From a candidate division NPL-UPA2 bacterium Unc8 (GTDB lineage Bacteria; NPL-UPA2): 64,000 bases of DNA. The stretch's first letter is position 1. Each line of letters begins with the position of its first letter. The translations under genes and the position numbers were made by a program. The notes under the pieces are model-generated. The model saw nothing but the letters and a program-made list of their open reading frames with translations. It was not told the DNA's origin and did no database searches. Shown piece by piece: positions 19,561 to 29,591 of the stretch. The DNA lies in contig NDHY01000004.1 in NCBI GenBank assembly GCA_003574845.1, positions 12,723 through 76,722 of the forward strand. Direction: 5' to 3'.

Positions 19561-22014
19561 ATGTCGTTATGTATAGGTATTGATGAGGATATTATGATTA
19601 AGCTTGAAGAAAACCTTATTGCCACAACAGAACCTGAATGCAGCGAAAAGCAATGTATACAGGGAAAGGGTTACAGAATAACTGTATTGACTTCAGAATT
19701 ATTCAGAATAGAAGTATCAATTGAAAATAATTTTCTTGATAAGGCAACGCAAGTCGTATGGTTTAGAAACTTCGATAATCCAGAGTATACAGCTAAGGAG
19801 ATGAAAAATAATCTTCAAATAACCACCGATAAAGTTACGTTGTTTTTCGATACAAAATCATTAAAAGCAAAATATATTAAGTTTAATGATTCTAACAGGA
19901 AAATAAAGTGTAACAATAACTACAACTTAAAAGGTACAATAAGGACGTTAGATGTGTTTTATCTAAAGAAAAGGCTAAAAAATGGCATTATGTCATTAAA
20001 CGGTGTTTCCGTATATGACGATAGCAAATCGCTGATTCTTGATAATGACGGAATGATCAGTTCCAGAGAGGCTAAAAGCAATGATATATATATCTTTGCC
20101 TATGGAAATAATTTCCGCAAATGCCTGAAAAACTTTTTTAGACTTACAGGCAAAACCCCACTCATTCCTCGCTACGCCTTATCTAACTGGTGGAGCAGAT
20201 ATAAGGCTTACTCCCAGGAAGAATATATTGACTTGATGAAAAGATTTATCAAAGAAGATATTCCGATTACTGTTGCAGTAGTTGATATGGATTGGCACTG
20301 GGTAAATGTCAATGAGAAATTTGGCACCAACTACAGACGCGGGCGCCTCATCTTGCCTGGAGTCCTGTCTGTGGGCTGGACAGGTTATAGTTGGAATACG
20401 GATTTATTTCCTGATTATAAGGCGTTCCTAAAGTGGTTGCAAGAACACAATCTTAAAGTTACCTTAAATCTTCACCCTGTAGATGGGGTTAGGCCCTATG
20501 AAGATATGTATAAAGAAATGGCATTAGAGATGGGTATTGATCCAGGCAGCAAAGAAGATATTAAATTTGACATTACAGATCCAAAATTTATAAATGCGTA
20601 CTTCAAAATTTTACATCATCCATACGAAACAGAAGGCGTTGATTTTTGGTGGATAGACTGGCAACAAGGAGAGAAATCCAAAACCAAAGGCTTAGATCCT
20701 TTGTGGGCGCTAAATCACTATCATTTTCTGGATAACAGAAAAGAAGATAAAAGACCCCTTATACTGTCCCGGTATGCAGGTGCCGGAAGTCATCGTTATC
20801 CTATAGGCTTTAGTGGTGACACCGTAGTAAGCTGGGGCACATTAAAGTTCCAAATATATTTTACTGCTACTGCTACCAATATCGGTTATGCCTGGTGGAG
20901 CCATGATATAGGTGGTCATTGCCTTGGCATAAAGGATGATGAGCTCTATTTAAGGTGGGTGCAATATGGCGTGTTTTCTCCAATTCTGAGATTGCATTCT
21001 ACCAGCCACGACTTACAGGGCAAAGAACCCTGGAATTACAGCAAAGACGTTGAAGCATTCACTAAAGAGCAATTGAGATTGAGACACAGGCTGTTGCCTT
21101 ATATCTATTCAATGAACTATAGAACCTATAACGATAGCATTGCGCTGGTAGAGCCTATGTATTATGCTCATCCAGAAGACAAAAGAGCTTATTTGGCAAC
21201 CGAGCAGTATTCCTTTGGCTCTGAGTTTATTGTCTGTCCTATTATTAGAAAAATCAACAAAAGGCTGAAGATGGCATATTCGGATGTATGGTTACCTGAA
21301 GGTCGTTGGACAGACTTTTTTACCGCTCAGATTTATAAGGGCAACAAATGGGTCAGGATGTTCCGAGGCTTAAATACAATACCTGTGCTTGCCAAAGAAG
21401 GTGCTATTATACCTATATCAGATAATATTGGTAATGATTGCTCCAATCCTGAAAAGATGACCCTGCATATTTATCGTGGAAACTCATCTTTTGTGCTCTA
21501 TGAAGATAATGGTTATGATAATAAGTACATAGATGGCAAGTATGCCAAGACAACATTTAGCGTTGAAGAAAATAATGATATAATATTTAACATAAGTAAA
21601 GTAGAAGGTGTTAAGGAAGTAATACCTAAAAATCGACAGTATAAATTGTTATTTAAGGATATTGTTAGCGCTGAAAAAGTTGAAGTGAGAATTAATGACA
21701 AGATAATAGAGGAAATAAATTTTAATACAGATAATTGTCTATCAGTTGAACTTAAGAATATTGAGCCTGATGAGAATGTGCAGGTTATCATATCAGGTTA
21801 CAAAATAAAAGAGAACATTTCCTATAATGAGGCAATAATTGAAATACTTACAAAATACCAGGCTTCAAATATTCTTAAGATGTTGCAATATAAGATACTG
21901 CAATATACAAAATCTAAGGATATAGCAACTAAAGACAGGTACATTGAAAAAATTAAAAGACTTTGCGTTCTTCCAAAGGTTATAAGAGGAGCGGTAGAAG
22001 AATATTTAGATTAA
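19561..22014 (+). CDS. Glycoside hydrolase family 31-like (alpha-glucosidase/alpha-xylosidase family)
   Basis: PRYALSNWWSRYKAYSQEEYIDLMKRFIKEDIPITVAVVDMDWH and GVDFWWIDWQQGE resemble GH31 catalytic-domain motifs. The gene is visibly AT-rich compared with its neighbours. Confidence 0.6.
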   Translation: MSLCIGIDEDIMIKLEENLIATTEPECSEKQCIQGKGYRITVLTSELFRIEVSIENNFLDKATQVVWFRNFDNPEYTAKEMKNNLQITTDKVTLFFDTKSLKAKYIKFNDSNRKIKCNNNYNLKGTIRTLDVFYLKKRLKNGIMSLNGVSVYDDSKSLILDNDGMISSREAKSNDIYIFAYGNNFRKCLKNFFRLTGKTPLIPRYALSNWWSRYKAYSQEEYIDLMKRFIKEDIPITVAVVDMDWHWVNVNEKFGTNYRRGRLILPGVLSVGWTGYSWNTDLFPDYKAFLKWLQEHNLKVTLNLHPVDGVRPYEDMYKEMALEMGIDPGSKEDIKFDITDPKFINAYFKILHHPYETEGVDFWWIDWQQGEKSKTKGLDPLWALNHYHFLDNRKEDKRPLILSRYAGAGSHRYPIGFSGDTVVSWGTLKFQIYFTATATNIGYAWWSHDIGGHCLGIKDDELYLRWVQYGVFSPILRLHSTSHDLQGKEPWNYSKDVEAFTKEQLRLRHRLLPYIYSMNYRTYNDSIALVEPMYYAHPEDKRAYLATEQYSFGSEFIVCPIIRKINKRLKMAYSDVWLPEGRWTDFFTAQIYKGNKWVRMFRGLNTIPVLAKEGAIIPISDNIGNDCSNPEKMTLHIYRGNSSFVLYEDNGYDNKYIDGKYAKTTFSVEENNDIIFNISKVEGVKEVIPKNRQYKLLFKDIVSAEKVEVRINDKIIEEINFNTDNCLSVELKNIEPDENVQVIISGYKIKENISYNEAIIEILTKYQASNILKMLQYKILQYTKSKDIATKDRYIEKIKRLCVLPKVIRGAVEEYLD

Positions 22015-22029
22015 ATAAGACTTGACTTT

Positions 22030-23709
22030 TTGTTTATAGCGCCATCCTATTTCCTTAATAAGAAGGGACTGAAAATGCGGAAATCCTACAAGCAAACTTC
22101 TTATACCCTGTTGAAGAATGGGCTTGTTGTTGACGGGACAGGGCAAAAGGGGATGACCGGCAATGTCCTCATTAATGGGCCCAATATTGAAGAAATTTCC
22201 CGGCAAGCAATTGATGTAGACGGTGAAATAATAGATTGCACAGGCAAAGTTATTGCTCCTGGCTTCATTGATATACACTCACATCAAGACTGGTTTCTTC
22301 CGTCAAAAGAACATAATAAATTCACATCGCCATTTACCTCTCAGGGGATAACCACCTTCATAGGAGGAAACTGTGGCTTTGCTCCCGCAGGCTTCAAAAA
22401 AGATAGCCCACATAAGGGCGAGATTGAGCATACTCTCTTTAGATTCTTCAGGGCAGGGCTTGATAAGCTGCCATGGGACTCTATTGAGGAATATTTCAAA
22501 CATCTCTCGCGCGAAGGCATAAGCCATAATCTCTCAAACTTCGCGGGCTATAATACAACCCGGGGTTCCATAAAAGCACTTAAGCCCGACCCCATGAGAG
22601 CTGATGAAATGAAGGATTTGCTCTGGTTGCTTGAAGAAGCTATGGACCAGGGGGCAAAAGGAGTATCTTTGGGCTTACAATATGAACCTGGTATCTTTGC
22701 CACTACGAACGAGTTAGGAGAGATTGCCAGGCTGGTAAAAAGAAAAAATAAAATCATAACAGTTCATGCAAAGGCACTTTCAGCATTATCAGGCAGCTAT
22801 CCACTAAGTCTTAATAAATCGCATAACTTGCAGGCAATTCAGGATATGATTGACCTTGCGCGTGATACCGGAGTAAGGCTTCAGTTTTCTCATCTGATAT
22901 TCGTAGGTACCAGGACATGGGGAACACACGAGAAGGCGCTGGAGCTTTTTGACAGAGCCATGCTTGAGGGTATTGATATAAAATTTGATACTTATGCACA
23001 TCACGGCGGAGCATCTCTCCTGTATGTAGTTTTGCCAGAGTGGTTTATTGTCAGAGCGCCTGAGGTGTATAATAACAGCTTGGCGTTGCGCAGACTCAGG
23101 TTTGAAATGATGTTCGCACAAAGGCTTCTGGGTTTCGGGTATGGAGAAATGCAGGTAACTTATGCGAACCACCCTGAATTAAATGAGTATAATGGAATGT
23201 TTCTTAGCGATATAGCGAGTAAGCGCGGGTTATCACCGTTTGAAAACTTCATTGATTTTATTAAAAGGGGCAATCGCGGAGTTAAAGTTCTTATGCACAA
23301 GCACAGCAATCAGAAGATTATTGAGGCTCTCATGAAACACCCGGCGTCTCTTTTTATGACTGATGCATGGTCAGAGCCCGAGGGGCAGCAAAATCCTGGC
23401 GCTTTTGGCACTTTCCCGAGGTTTTTGCAACTTGCGAGGGATAAAAAGCTGCTTTCTCTTGAAGAGACAATTCATAAGATGACAGGGGCTTGTGCATCAA
23501 GGGTTGGCATCAAAGACCGAGGCACATTAAAAGAAGGTCTGGCAGCTGATATTACTGTTTTTGACTGGAATACGATAAGAGACAATACAACGGTAGAGCA
23601 GCCAGCCGAGCCCCCTACAGGGATAGAATTTGTGTTTATAAACGGCGCACAAGTTCTGGGAAATGGAAAAGCAGATGGTTCACTGCGCCCAGGAGTAATT
23701 CTAATATGA
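22030..23709 (+). CDS. N-acyl-D-amino-acid deacylase (D-aminoacylase) family amidohydrolase
   Basis: GFIDIHSHQDW metal-binding motif and amidohydrolase fold. The likelier start is ATG 22075 (MRKSYKQ) with an AAGGGA SD upstream. Confidence 0.8.
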   Translation: MFIAPSYFLNKKGLKMRKSYKQTSYTLLKNGLVVDGTGQKGMTGNVLINGPNIEEISRQAIDVDGEIIDCTGKVIAPGFIDIHSHQDWFLPSKEHNKFTSPFTSQGITTFIGGNCGFAPAGFKKDSPHKGEIEHTLFRFFRAGLDKLPWDSIEEYFKHLSREGISHNLSNFAGYNTTRGSIKALKPDPMRADEMKDLLWLLEEAMDQGAKGVSLGLQYEPGIFATTNELGEIARLVKRKNKIITVHAKALSALSGSYPLSLNKSHNLQAIQDMIDLARDTGVRLQFSHLIFVGTRTWGTHEKALELFDRAMLEGIDIKFDTYAHHGGASLLYVVLPEWFIVRAPEVYNNSLALRRLRFEMMFAQRLLGFGYGEMQVTYANHPELNEYNGMFLSDIASKRGLSPFENFIDFIKRGNRGVKVLMHKHSNQKIIEALMKHPASLFMTDAWSEPEGQQNPGAFGTFPRFLQLARDKKLLSLEETIHKMTGACASRVGIKDRGTLKEGLAADITVFDWNTIRDNTTVEQPAEPPTGIEFVFINGAQVLGNGKADGSLRPGVILI

Positions 23710-23711
23710 AA

Positions 23712-24371
23712 TTATGTTACTAATGCCTGAATCCGCGTCATGAAATCACTCAGGTTTCCACCGTACTCCGGAGAACCTTCTATTCTCAGATATCCTTTTT
23801 TAACAGCCTCAATCATGCCGACATCTTTCATTATTACGGGAAATGCGCCGTCAACTCCATTGAAATTGAGACGCACGAATGGGCGTCTTTTTGCATAGAC
23901 CCCGCGGCCTGCTTTTGTCCTGCCGGCTCTTACCCTAAGATATGCCGCGATGCCTTCTTCGACCGAAATTTGATATATCCTCTCGGGCTGCTTCTTCGTC
24001 CACCTGACCATTTCAGGGTCCCCGCCTTTGTTATACTGACTTAAAGCGCTGATAATCATATAAAATGCCATTTTTACCTTAAGCCTTTTCTTTTCAGAAT
24101 CCTTGGGTCTTGCATTTGGCATAAGTATCTTCAGGCTTAAAATCAGTCTGAATACCTTTAAGAAAAGACCAACTTTCATTATTCCCTTAATCTTTGGCAT
24201 CACCATCTTTCCGGTAAAGAAGGCGTTCATTTTTGCTGCACTCTTAAAAGTAAAAGTAATGGTTGGGTTATCGCAGATGCCCGGGTCTACCCGAAAATCG
24301 CCATCATTGAATACCAGTACAGGCTCCGATGTCTTTGCCATCTTCGGTAGTATGAAAGAGCACCCTGGCAC
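23712..24371 (-). CDS. SCP2-like (sterol-carrier-protein-2 fold) lipid-binding protein, paralog A
   Basis: C-terminal GYLRIEGSPEYGGNLSDFM resembles the SCP2 C-terminal motif. It is homologous along its length to the ORF at 27784-28572. Confidence 0.5.
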   Translation of the reverse strand: MPGCSFILPKMAKTSEPVLVFNDGDFRVDPGICDNPTITFTFKSAAKMNAFFTGKMVMPKIKGIMKVGLFLKVFRLILSLKILMPNARPKDSEKKRLKVKMAFYMIISALSQYNKGGDPEMVRWTKKQPERIYQISVEEGIAAYLRVRAGRTKAGRGVYAKRRPFVRLNFNGVDGAFPVIMKDVGMIEAVKKGYLRIEGSPEYGGNLSDFMTRIQALVT

Positions 24372-24487
24372 TGACCCCTTTGAATTTCTTTTTCATGCTC
24401 GGGACATCTTCAAGCACTACCTTCATCACCGGCAGGATAGCCCTTAAAATTATTCTTGAAGTAATTAAATCTTTTTCGGTAGCCATA

Positions 24488-25498
24488 TTATATCTCATCT
24501 TCCCAGTCTTCATCTTCTTCAAATTCTTTGCCCATAACCTCTCTTGCCTTCTCAATAATACCATCAGTATCAAGTTTGTAGTGAGAATAGAGATCTTCAG
24601 GATAACCGACAAGGGAATAACAATCAGGAATGCCCACTTTACTAAAAGCGCAACCCTTTCCGCTTGCAGCTATTACATCAGCAACAGCACTGCCAAGACC
24701 ACAATAAATATTGTGGTCCTCAAAGGTTATTATTCTTCGTGTTTCCTCTATTGCCCTGAGCACGGCGTCTTCGTCAAGCGGCTTGATTGTATGCATATTC
24801 AGCACTCGGACGCTTAAGCCGTCTTGCTCCTGAAGAAGTTTTGCCGCCTCAACTGCCTGCCGCACCGTAATTCCGCAGCAAATGAGGGTAATGTCGGCTC
24901 CTTCCTTCACCTCAACTGACTTGCCAATCTGGAAACCATAATCGGCGTTTTCATAAAAAGTTGGCTCAAATCCTCTGCCAATCCTGATGTATACAGGACC
25001 CGGATGCTCAACAGATGCGGCGACTACATTGCCTGTTTCTATTCCGTCAGCAGGCACGACGACGGTCATGTTCGCAAAAGACCTCATAATTGCAAGGTCT
25101 TCGGTACAGTGATGGGTTGAGCCAGCCTGCCCGAATGCCGTTCCGGCGTGAGTTGCAATTATTTTGACATTCAGGTTCTGATAACAAATGTCGGTTCTAA
25201 CCTGCTCGGCAGCCCTCATTGAAATAAATGCCGCCATGGTTGACACAAAGGGAATAAGCCCGGACTTCGCAAGTCCTGCTGCTATGCCGAACATATTCTG
25301 CTCGGCGATACCGACATTAAAGAATCTTTCGGGAAACTTATCGCCAAATTTGCTGATTTTAGTTGATTTCGCAAGGTCTGCGGATAGACCGACAATATTT
25401 AGATATCGTTCTCCTAACTGACAGAGAACCTCGCCGTACACTTCAGCTAAAGTCAAAGCATCGGCGTCATATACCGTCCAGGTTAAACCTTCTCTCAT
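24488..25498 (-). CDS. Transketolase C-terminal subunit (pyrimidine-binding and C-terminal domains)
   Basis: 336 aa matching the C-terminal section of a split transketolase, in the same orientation as the N-terminal subunit gene. Confidence 0.85.
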   Translation of the reverse strand: MREGLTWTVYDADALTLAEVYGEVLCQLGERYLNIVGLSADLAKSTKISKFGDKFPERFFNVGIAEQNMFGIAAGLAKSGLIPFVSTMAAFISMRAAEQVRTDICYQNLNVKIIATHAGTAFGQAGSTHHCTEDLAIMRSFANMTVVVPADGIETGNVVAASVEHPGPVYIRIGRGFEPTFYENADYGFQIGKSVEVKEGADITLICCGITVRQAVEAAKLLQEQDGLSVRVLNMHTIKPLDEDAVLRAIEETRRIITFEDHNIYCGLGSAVADVIAASGKGCAFSKVGIPDCYSLVGYPEDLYSHYKLDTDGIIEKAREVMGKEFEEDEDWEDEI

Positions 25499-25678
25499 AA
25501 GTAACCTCCCTATCTTAAACAGGAGCCAGAATTCAGAATTCAGGAGCCAGGAGCCAGAATTCAGAATTCAGAAGTCAGAAGCCAGAATTCAGAAGTCAGA
25601 ATCTGAGATTTGTCATTTCTATGTGCCTCTGTGCCTTTGTGCCTTTGTGCCTCTCTAATAGCCTACAGCCTACAGCCT
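25499..25678. repeat. Composite tandem-repeat spacer (CAGAAK units, GTGCCTYT units, CAGCCTA units) between the two transketolase subunit genes
   Basis: aggagccagaattcagaattcagg...gtgcctctgtgcctttgtgcctttgtgcctctctaatagcctacagcctacagcc. Confidence 0.8.
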
Positions 25679-26542
25679 TCAACCTTTATACATTCTGTCT
25701 ATTGATTGTTTTGCTTTTTCAATGAGGTCTGTATCAAGGCCCCCATAATGCCACTTCACCTCATTTTCCATGAAGTCAACCCCTTTCCCTTTTACCGTGT
25801 TTGCGATAATCATTACCGGGGCGCTATTTTCACTTCGGGCATATTCAATTGCCTCAGCAATCTCCTGGAAGCTATGCCCATTGATTTCCCTGACGAGCCA
25901 TCCAAAGGCTTTCCACTTGTCTGCAAATGGCTCAAGCCCCATAATCTCTTCTGTCGGGCCATCAATCATCAATTTATTCCTGTCTACAAAAGTAACCATA
26001 TTGGTAACTTTAAAGTGATGGGCTGACATTGCCGCCTCCCAGTTTGACCCCTCATTGCATTCACCATCTCCAAGTACACAATAAGTAAGCCATGATTTCT
26101 TCTGCACCCTGGCGCCAAGAGCCAAGCCAACAGATATTGGAAGACCATGCCCCAATGACCCGGTTGACACATCAACTCCTTTCACTTTAAGACTATCAAG
26201 GTGCATACCAAACGAAGACTTAAAATGATTAAATTCCCTCAAGAGTTCAAAGTCAAAATATCCTTTGCGCGCTAAGATGGCTGCATGACACACTCCAGCG
26301 TGACCCTTGCTTAACACAACCCTGTCCCTGTTTTCCAGTTCAGGGTTATTTGGTTCAATATTAAGATATTTAAAATAAAGAATTACAAGTATCTCTACCA
26401 CGCTCAAAGCGCCGCCAACATGAGCTCCACCTGCCCATCCGGTAATATCAATAATGTCTTTCCTTACTTGGTGCGCTTTCTCTTCCAATTCTTTAATTTC
26501 CTGATCCGTTATTGGCATTTTTCCTCCCTGACTATTAGTCAA
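25679..26542 (-). CDS. Transketolase N-terminal subunit (thiamine-diphosphate-binding)
   Basis: GWAGGAHVGGALSVVEILVILYF...SKGHAG and the GDGE TPP-binding motif; 287 aa. Confidence 0.85.
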   Translation of the reverse strand: MTNSQGGKMPITDQEIKELEEKAHQVRKDIIDITGWAGGAHVGGALSVVEILVILYFKYLNIEPNNPELENRDRVVLSKGHAGVCHAAILARKGYFDFELLREFNHFKSSFGMHLDSLKVKGVDVSTGSLGHGLPISVGLALGARVQKKSWLTYCVLGDGECNEGSNWEAAMSAHHFKVTNMVTFVDRNKLMIDGPTEEIMGLEPFADKWKAFGWLVREINGHSFQEIAEAIEYARSENSAPVMIIANTVKGKGVDFMENEVKWHYGGLDTDLIEKAKQSIDRMYKG

Positions 26543-26548
26543 TGCGTT

Positions 26549-27787
26549 CTACTTGCCAAATTTCCTCTTTACTGCCCTGAAAGCGGCATCTGCTACCTCC
26601 AGAGTTTTTTTTATGTCATCCTCTGTGTGAGCGCAAGAGATAAACCAGTTGTGATGCGGATGAAGAAACACTCCTCTCTTTGCGCACTCGGAACAGAAAA
26701 GTTGACTGCGAATGAAATTATCTTCATTTTTAAATCTCATAAACGGGATTGACGGTGGGCCGGTAATGGAGACTTTTAGATTATGACTCTCTGCAAGCTG
26801 CCCTAATCCATCCTGAAGCATTTTCCCTATCTTAAACATATAATTTATTCCATCAATTGCTTTCAACTCTTCTATGGTAGCAATCGCTGCCGCCATCGGC
26901 GCCCGGGAAAAATAAAAAGTTCCAGTGAAGAAAATCCTGGAAGCTACCTTCCTTAGTTCATCTCTGCCCACACAAGCAGAAATCGGATGTCCGTTTGCCA
27001 TTGCCTTGCAAAAAGTAATCGAATCAGGCTTAAATCCAAAGTATTCATTAGAACCCCTCAGATGCAATCTGAATCCTGCCCTTATATCATCAAGAATTAA
27101 CACAATGCTTTCCTTATTACAGGTGCTCTGAATAATTTCCCAGAACCCGTCTTTGGGGAATTCATGGTCAGCATAAACTGGATGATGGTAAGGAGTCATA
27201 ATAACTCCGGCAATCTCTCCTCTGTATTTATCCACCAATTCTAAAAATCCTTCCGTATCATTCCACTTAAATATCAAAGTGTTCGCTTTATCTTCTTCAA
27301 TTATTCCTCCATATCCGGGGCTGCACCAGGGGTGAGAGCCATGATATTCACTCTGAACCATAATAATTTTCTTCTTTCCGGTGTGTTCCCTGGCAATTTG
27401 AGTGGCATATGTTGTAACATCAGAGCCATTTTTGCCAAAGACTGCCCACTCTGCCACAGACACCAGAGATACCAGATATTCTGCAAGCTCTACCATCTTT
27501 TCGGTAGATAGGTCAAAGCAATCTCCCAGGGCTTTTTCTTTATTAACCACCTCTTTAATTTTTGGATAATTATATCCTAAAATTATTGGCCCGAACCCGC
27601 ACATATAATCAATGTATTCCTGTCCATCAACATCCCAGAACCGACACCCTTCTCCCCTTGCTGCAAAGTAAGGAAAATGCCCCGGAACCATAAATCCAGG
27701 ATGTCTCTGACCGTAAATTCCCCCCGGTATTACATTTCCTGCTCTTTTGAAAAGCTCAATTGACCTATCAAATTTATATGCTTTCAT
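26549..27787 (-). CDS. Class-III PLP aminotransferase (glutamate-1-semialdehyde aminomutase-like)
   Basis: VIPGGIY, WDVDGQEYIDYMCGFGP, LILDDIRAGFR and the CKAMANG Lys align with HemL-family motifs; 412 aa. Confidence 0.85.
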   Translation of the reverse strand: MKAYKFDRSIELFKRAGNVIPGGIYGQRHPGFMVPGHFPYFAARGEGCRFWDVDGQEYIDYMCGFGPIILGYNYPKIKEVVNKEKALGDCFDLSTEKMVELAEYLVSLVSVAEWAVFGKNGSDVTTYATQIAREHTGKKKIIMVQSEYHGSHPWCSPGYGGIIEEDKANTLIFKWNDTEGFLELVDKYRGEIAGVIMTPYHHPVYADHEFPKDGFWEIIQSTCNKESIVLILDDIRAGFRLHLRGSNEYFGFKPDSITFCKAMANGHPISACVGRDELRKVASRIFFTGTFYFSRAPMAAAIATIEELKAIDGINYMFKIGKMLQDGLGQLAESHNLKVSITGPPSIPFMRFKNEDNFIRSQLFCSECAKRGVFLHPHHNWFISCAHTEDDIKKTLEVADAAFRAVKRKFGK

Positions 27788-28572
27788 TTATCCTCCCCGG
27801 GAAGATATTCCATCAGCTTCTCCATAATTATGCTCATCGCTTCAGCGAATGATACAAGCCCGACTATTCTTAAGTCCATTGTCCCCAGTCCCACCATAAA
27901 GTCAATCTCTCCCTGAAACATTTTATAGGCAATGCTCGCATTCTTTATCTGAAATGTAGAAGTGGGAGAAGGATGCTTTCCTTTGGAAGGCAGAAATTTC
28001 CCGTCAGCCATCGTAATATACCCGCAAGGTCCATCAGGCAGTATCTCTACCTGAAAAACTCCAGAGGGAAATCGGGAGATGGTGGCATTAGCTCTTTTAA
28101 TTTTAAAGCTGCCATCGTTCTCTCCCACAACCTTTATTCCCCACAGGAGAGTATAAAGTGTAACTTTCAGATAAAATTTTAAGTTTTCTTCCGTCTTCAG
28201 AAACTCTTCATCAGGTCGCAGGTAACGCTCCATCTTTTTTGTTAGCCTGCTGAAACCCTTGAGCAGCGAGAGGCACCAGAATCCTTTCCAAACTAACGGG
28301 ATAATCTGCTTGCCTTCAAACATCTTATTTAAAGACGAGTGTTTGAGAAAAAATAGTCCAACTGTTGGCATAGGCGCCTTTTCTCTTTTTATTCCCAATC
28401 TGCCGTTTTTGAAAATCAGGCTGACCCTGGGCCCACTCTTTACACCAAGCCGAATAGAGGCGTTCCAATTTTTCGCAATGTCCCCTGCCTCTTCATCAAA
28501 TTCTAATATCTCTTCAAGTTGCGGCAGGATGGCATGCAAATAAAGGTAGGATTTTATCTTTTCTTTATTCAT
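27784..28572 (-). CDS. SCP2-like lipid-binding protein, paralog B
   Basis: C-terminal FMVGLGTMDLRIVGLVSFAEAM is an SCP2-like motif. It is a paralog of 23712-24371 and overlaps the aminotransferase stop by 4 nt. Confidence 0.5.
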   Translation of the reverse strand: MNKEKIKSYLYLHAILPQLEEILEFDEEAGDIAKNWNASIRLGVKSGPRVSLIFKNGRLGIKREKAPMPTVGLFFLKHSSLNKMFEGKQIIPLVWKGFWCLSLLKGFSRLTKKMERYLRPDEEFLKTEENLKFYLKVTLYTLLWGIKVVGENDGSFKIKRANATISRFPSGVFQVEILPDGPCGYITMADGKFLPSKGKHPSPTSTFQIKNASIAYKMFQGEIDFMVGLGTMDLRIVGLVSFAEAMSIIMEKLMEYLPGEDK

Positions 28573-28803
28573 AAATCTTCATCTTTCTAACTTTTGCGTA
28601 GCGATATTTTCAATGTTATATCATACGCAGGACAGATTTTAAAATTAAAAAAATCGGTTTACCTTGACATAAAGGATAATTTGGAGTATTGGAACTTCAA
28701 GAAGACTCCTGCAACTTGCAGAAGTGGAATCTTGATACGGATTAGGGAGTTTTGAGAGAAACAATCTGGTTTCTCTTGAGATGAGAAAGGAGGTAAAGAA
28801 AAA

Positions 28804-29097
28804 ATGAAGGTGTTAATTGGGGGAATAGTAGCATTACTGTTTGGATTGTGGGGATTAATTGGCTGGTGGAGTGAATTTGTAGGCATATTGCAAGGCACGA
28901 TACCTTTCCTTCTACTGGTCGGCGGCTCAATAGCCACTTATGCAGGAATAGCTTCTGCGAAAGATAGAGCGGCCAAGAAGAAAGAAGAAGAGATAAAAGA
29001 AATAGAAAAGAGAGAAGAAAAATTCAAGAAAGAGAAAGAGAAAAAAGAAATAGACAAGGAAAGAAGAAGAGCTCAAGAAAGAAAAGGAAAAGGGTAA
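28804..29097 (+). CDS. Small membrane protein (2 TM) with Lys/Glu-rich tail
   Basis: Strong SD AGGAGGT 9 nt upstream, two hydrophobic helices, low-complexity KE-rich C-terminus. Confidence 0.45.
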   Translation: MKVLIGGIVALLFGLWGLIGWWSEFVGILQGTIPFLLLVGGSIATYAGIASAKDRAAKKKEEEIKEIEKREEKFKKEKEKKEIDKERRRAQERKGKG

Positions 29098-29540
29098 GGG
29101 AAAAAAGAAAGTCGTAAGGAGAAAAGTAGTAAGGAAAAAGTCAGAGACCTGAGTTTCTTTTTTTCCGATTGTTTGTGTTTAGCTTCAAGCATCTTTTCTT
29201 TTGCGCGGCGGGAACGTCTGCGTTTCTGCCTGCGAATTTTCTCAATACGCTGCTTTTCCTCAAGTATAAAACCTTCCTGCCATTTTTCAATAAGGTCTAA
29301 AAGTCTGCGCCGGGCAAGAAAGCGATTTAAAGATTGAGAGCGTTCTATCTGACATTTGACTATAATATTAGTTGGTAGGTGACGAAGAAACACGCAGGTT
29401 GAAGCCTTATTGACCTTTTGTCCTCCAGGACCAGATGAGCGAATAAATTTCTCCTCTAAGTCCTCTTCAGAAACTCCCAATTTTTGCATGCGCTCTTCAA
29501 GCTTCCGTTCCTTATGAGCAGATATATTGAACATAAACAA
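29073..29540 (-). CDS. arfB: Alternative ribosome-rescue factor ArfB (peptidyl-tRNA hydrolase, class-I release-factor-like)
   Basis: SSGPGGQKVNKASTCV GGQ motif plus a basic C-terminal tail; about 150 aa. Confidence 0.75.
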   Translation of the reverse strand: MFMFNISAHKERKLEERMQKLGVSEEDLEEKFIRSSGPGGQKVNKASTCVFLRHLPTNIIVKCQIERSQSLNRFLARRRLLDLIEKWQEGFILEEKQRIEKIRRQKRRRSRRAKEKMLEAKHKQSEKKKLRSLTFSLLLFSLRLSFFPYPFPFLS

Positions 29541-29591
29541 TTTTCAATTTTCAATCGTTAATTTTTGAACCGTGAACCTTGACCGCTTTTA

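Noticed and set aside
25499-25678. Possible CRISPR array (regular short repeats)
   Set aside because: The units are 5-9 bp in direct tandem with no unique spacers and no cas genes, so these are microsatellite-type arrays.
28970-29160. Purine-rich low-complexity stretch read as coding on both strands
   Set aside because: The KE-rich tail of the small membrane protein and the basic tail of ArfB overlap by only 25 nt. The hydrophobic last 25 residues of the ArfB ORF are likely a translation artefact of this low-complexity DNA rather than a separate feature.
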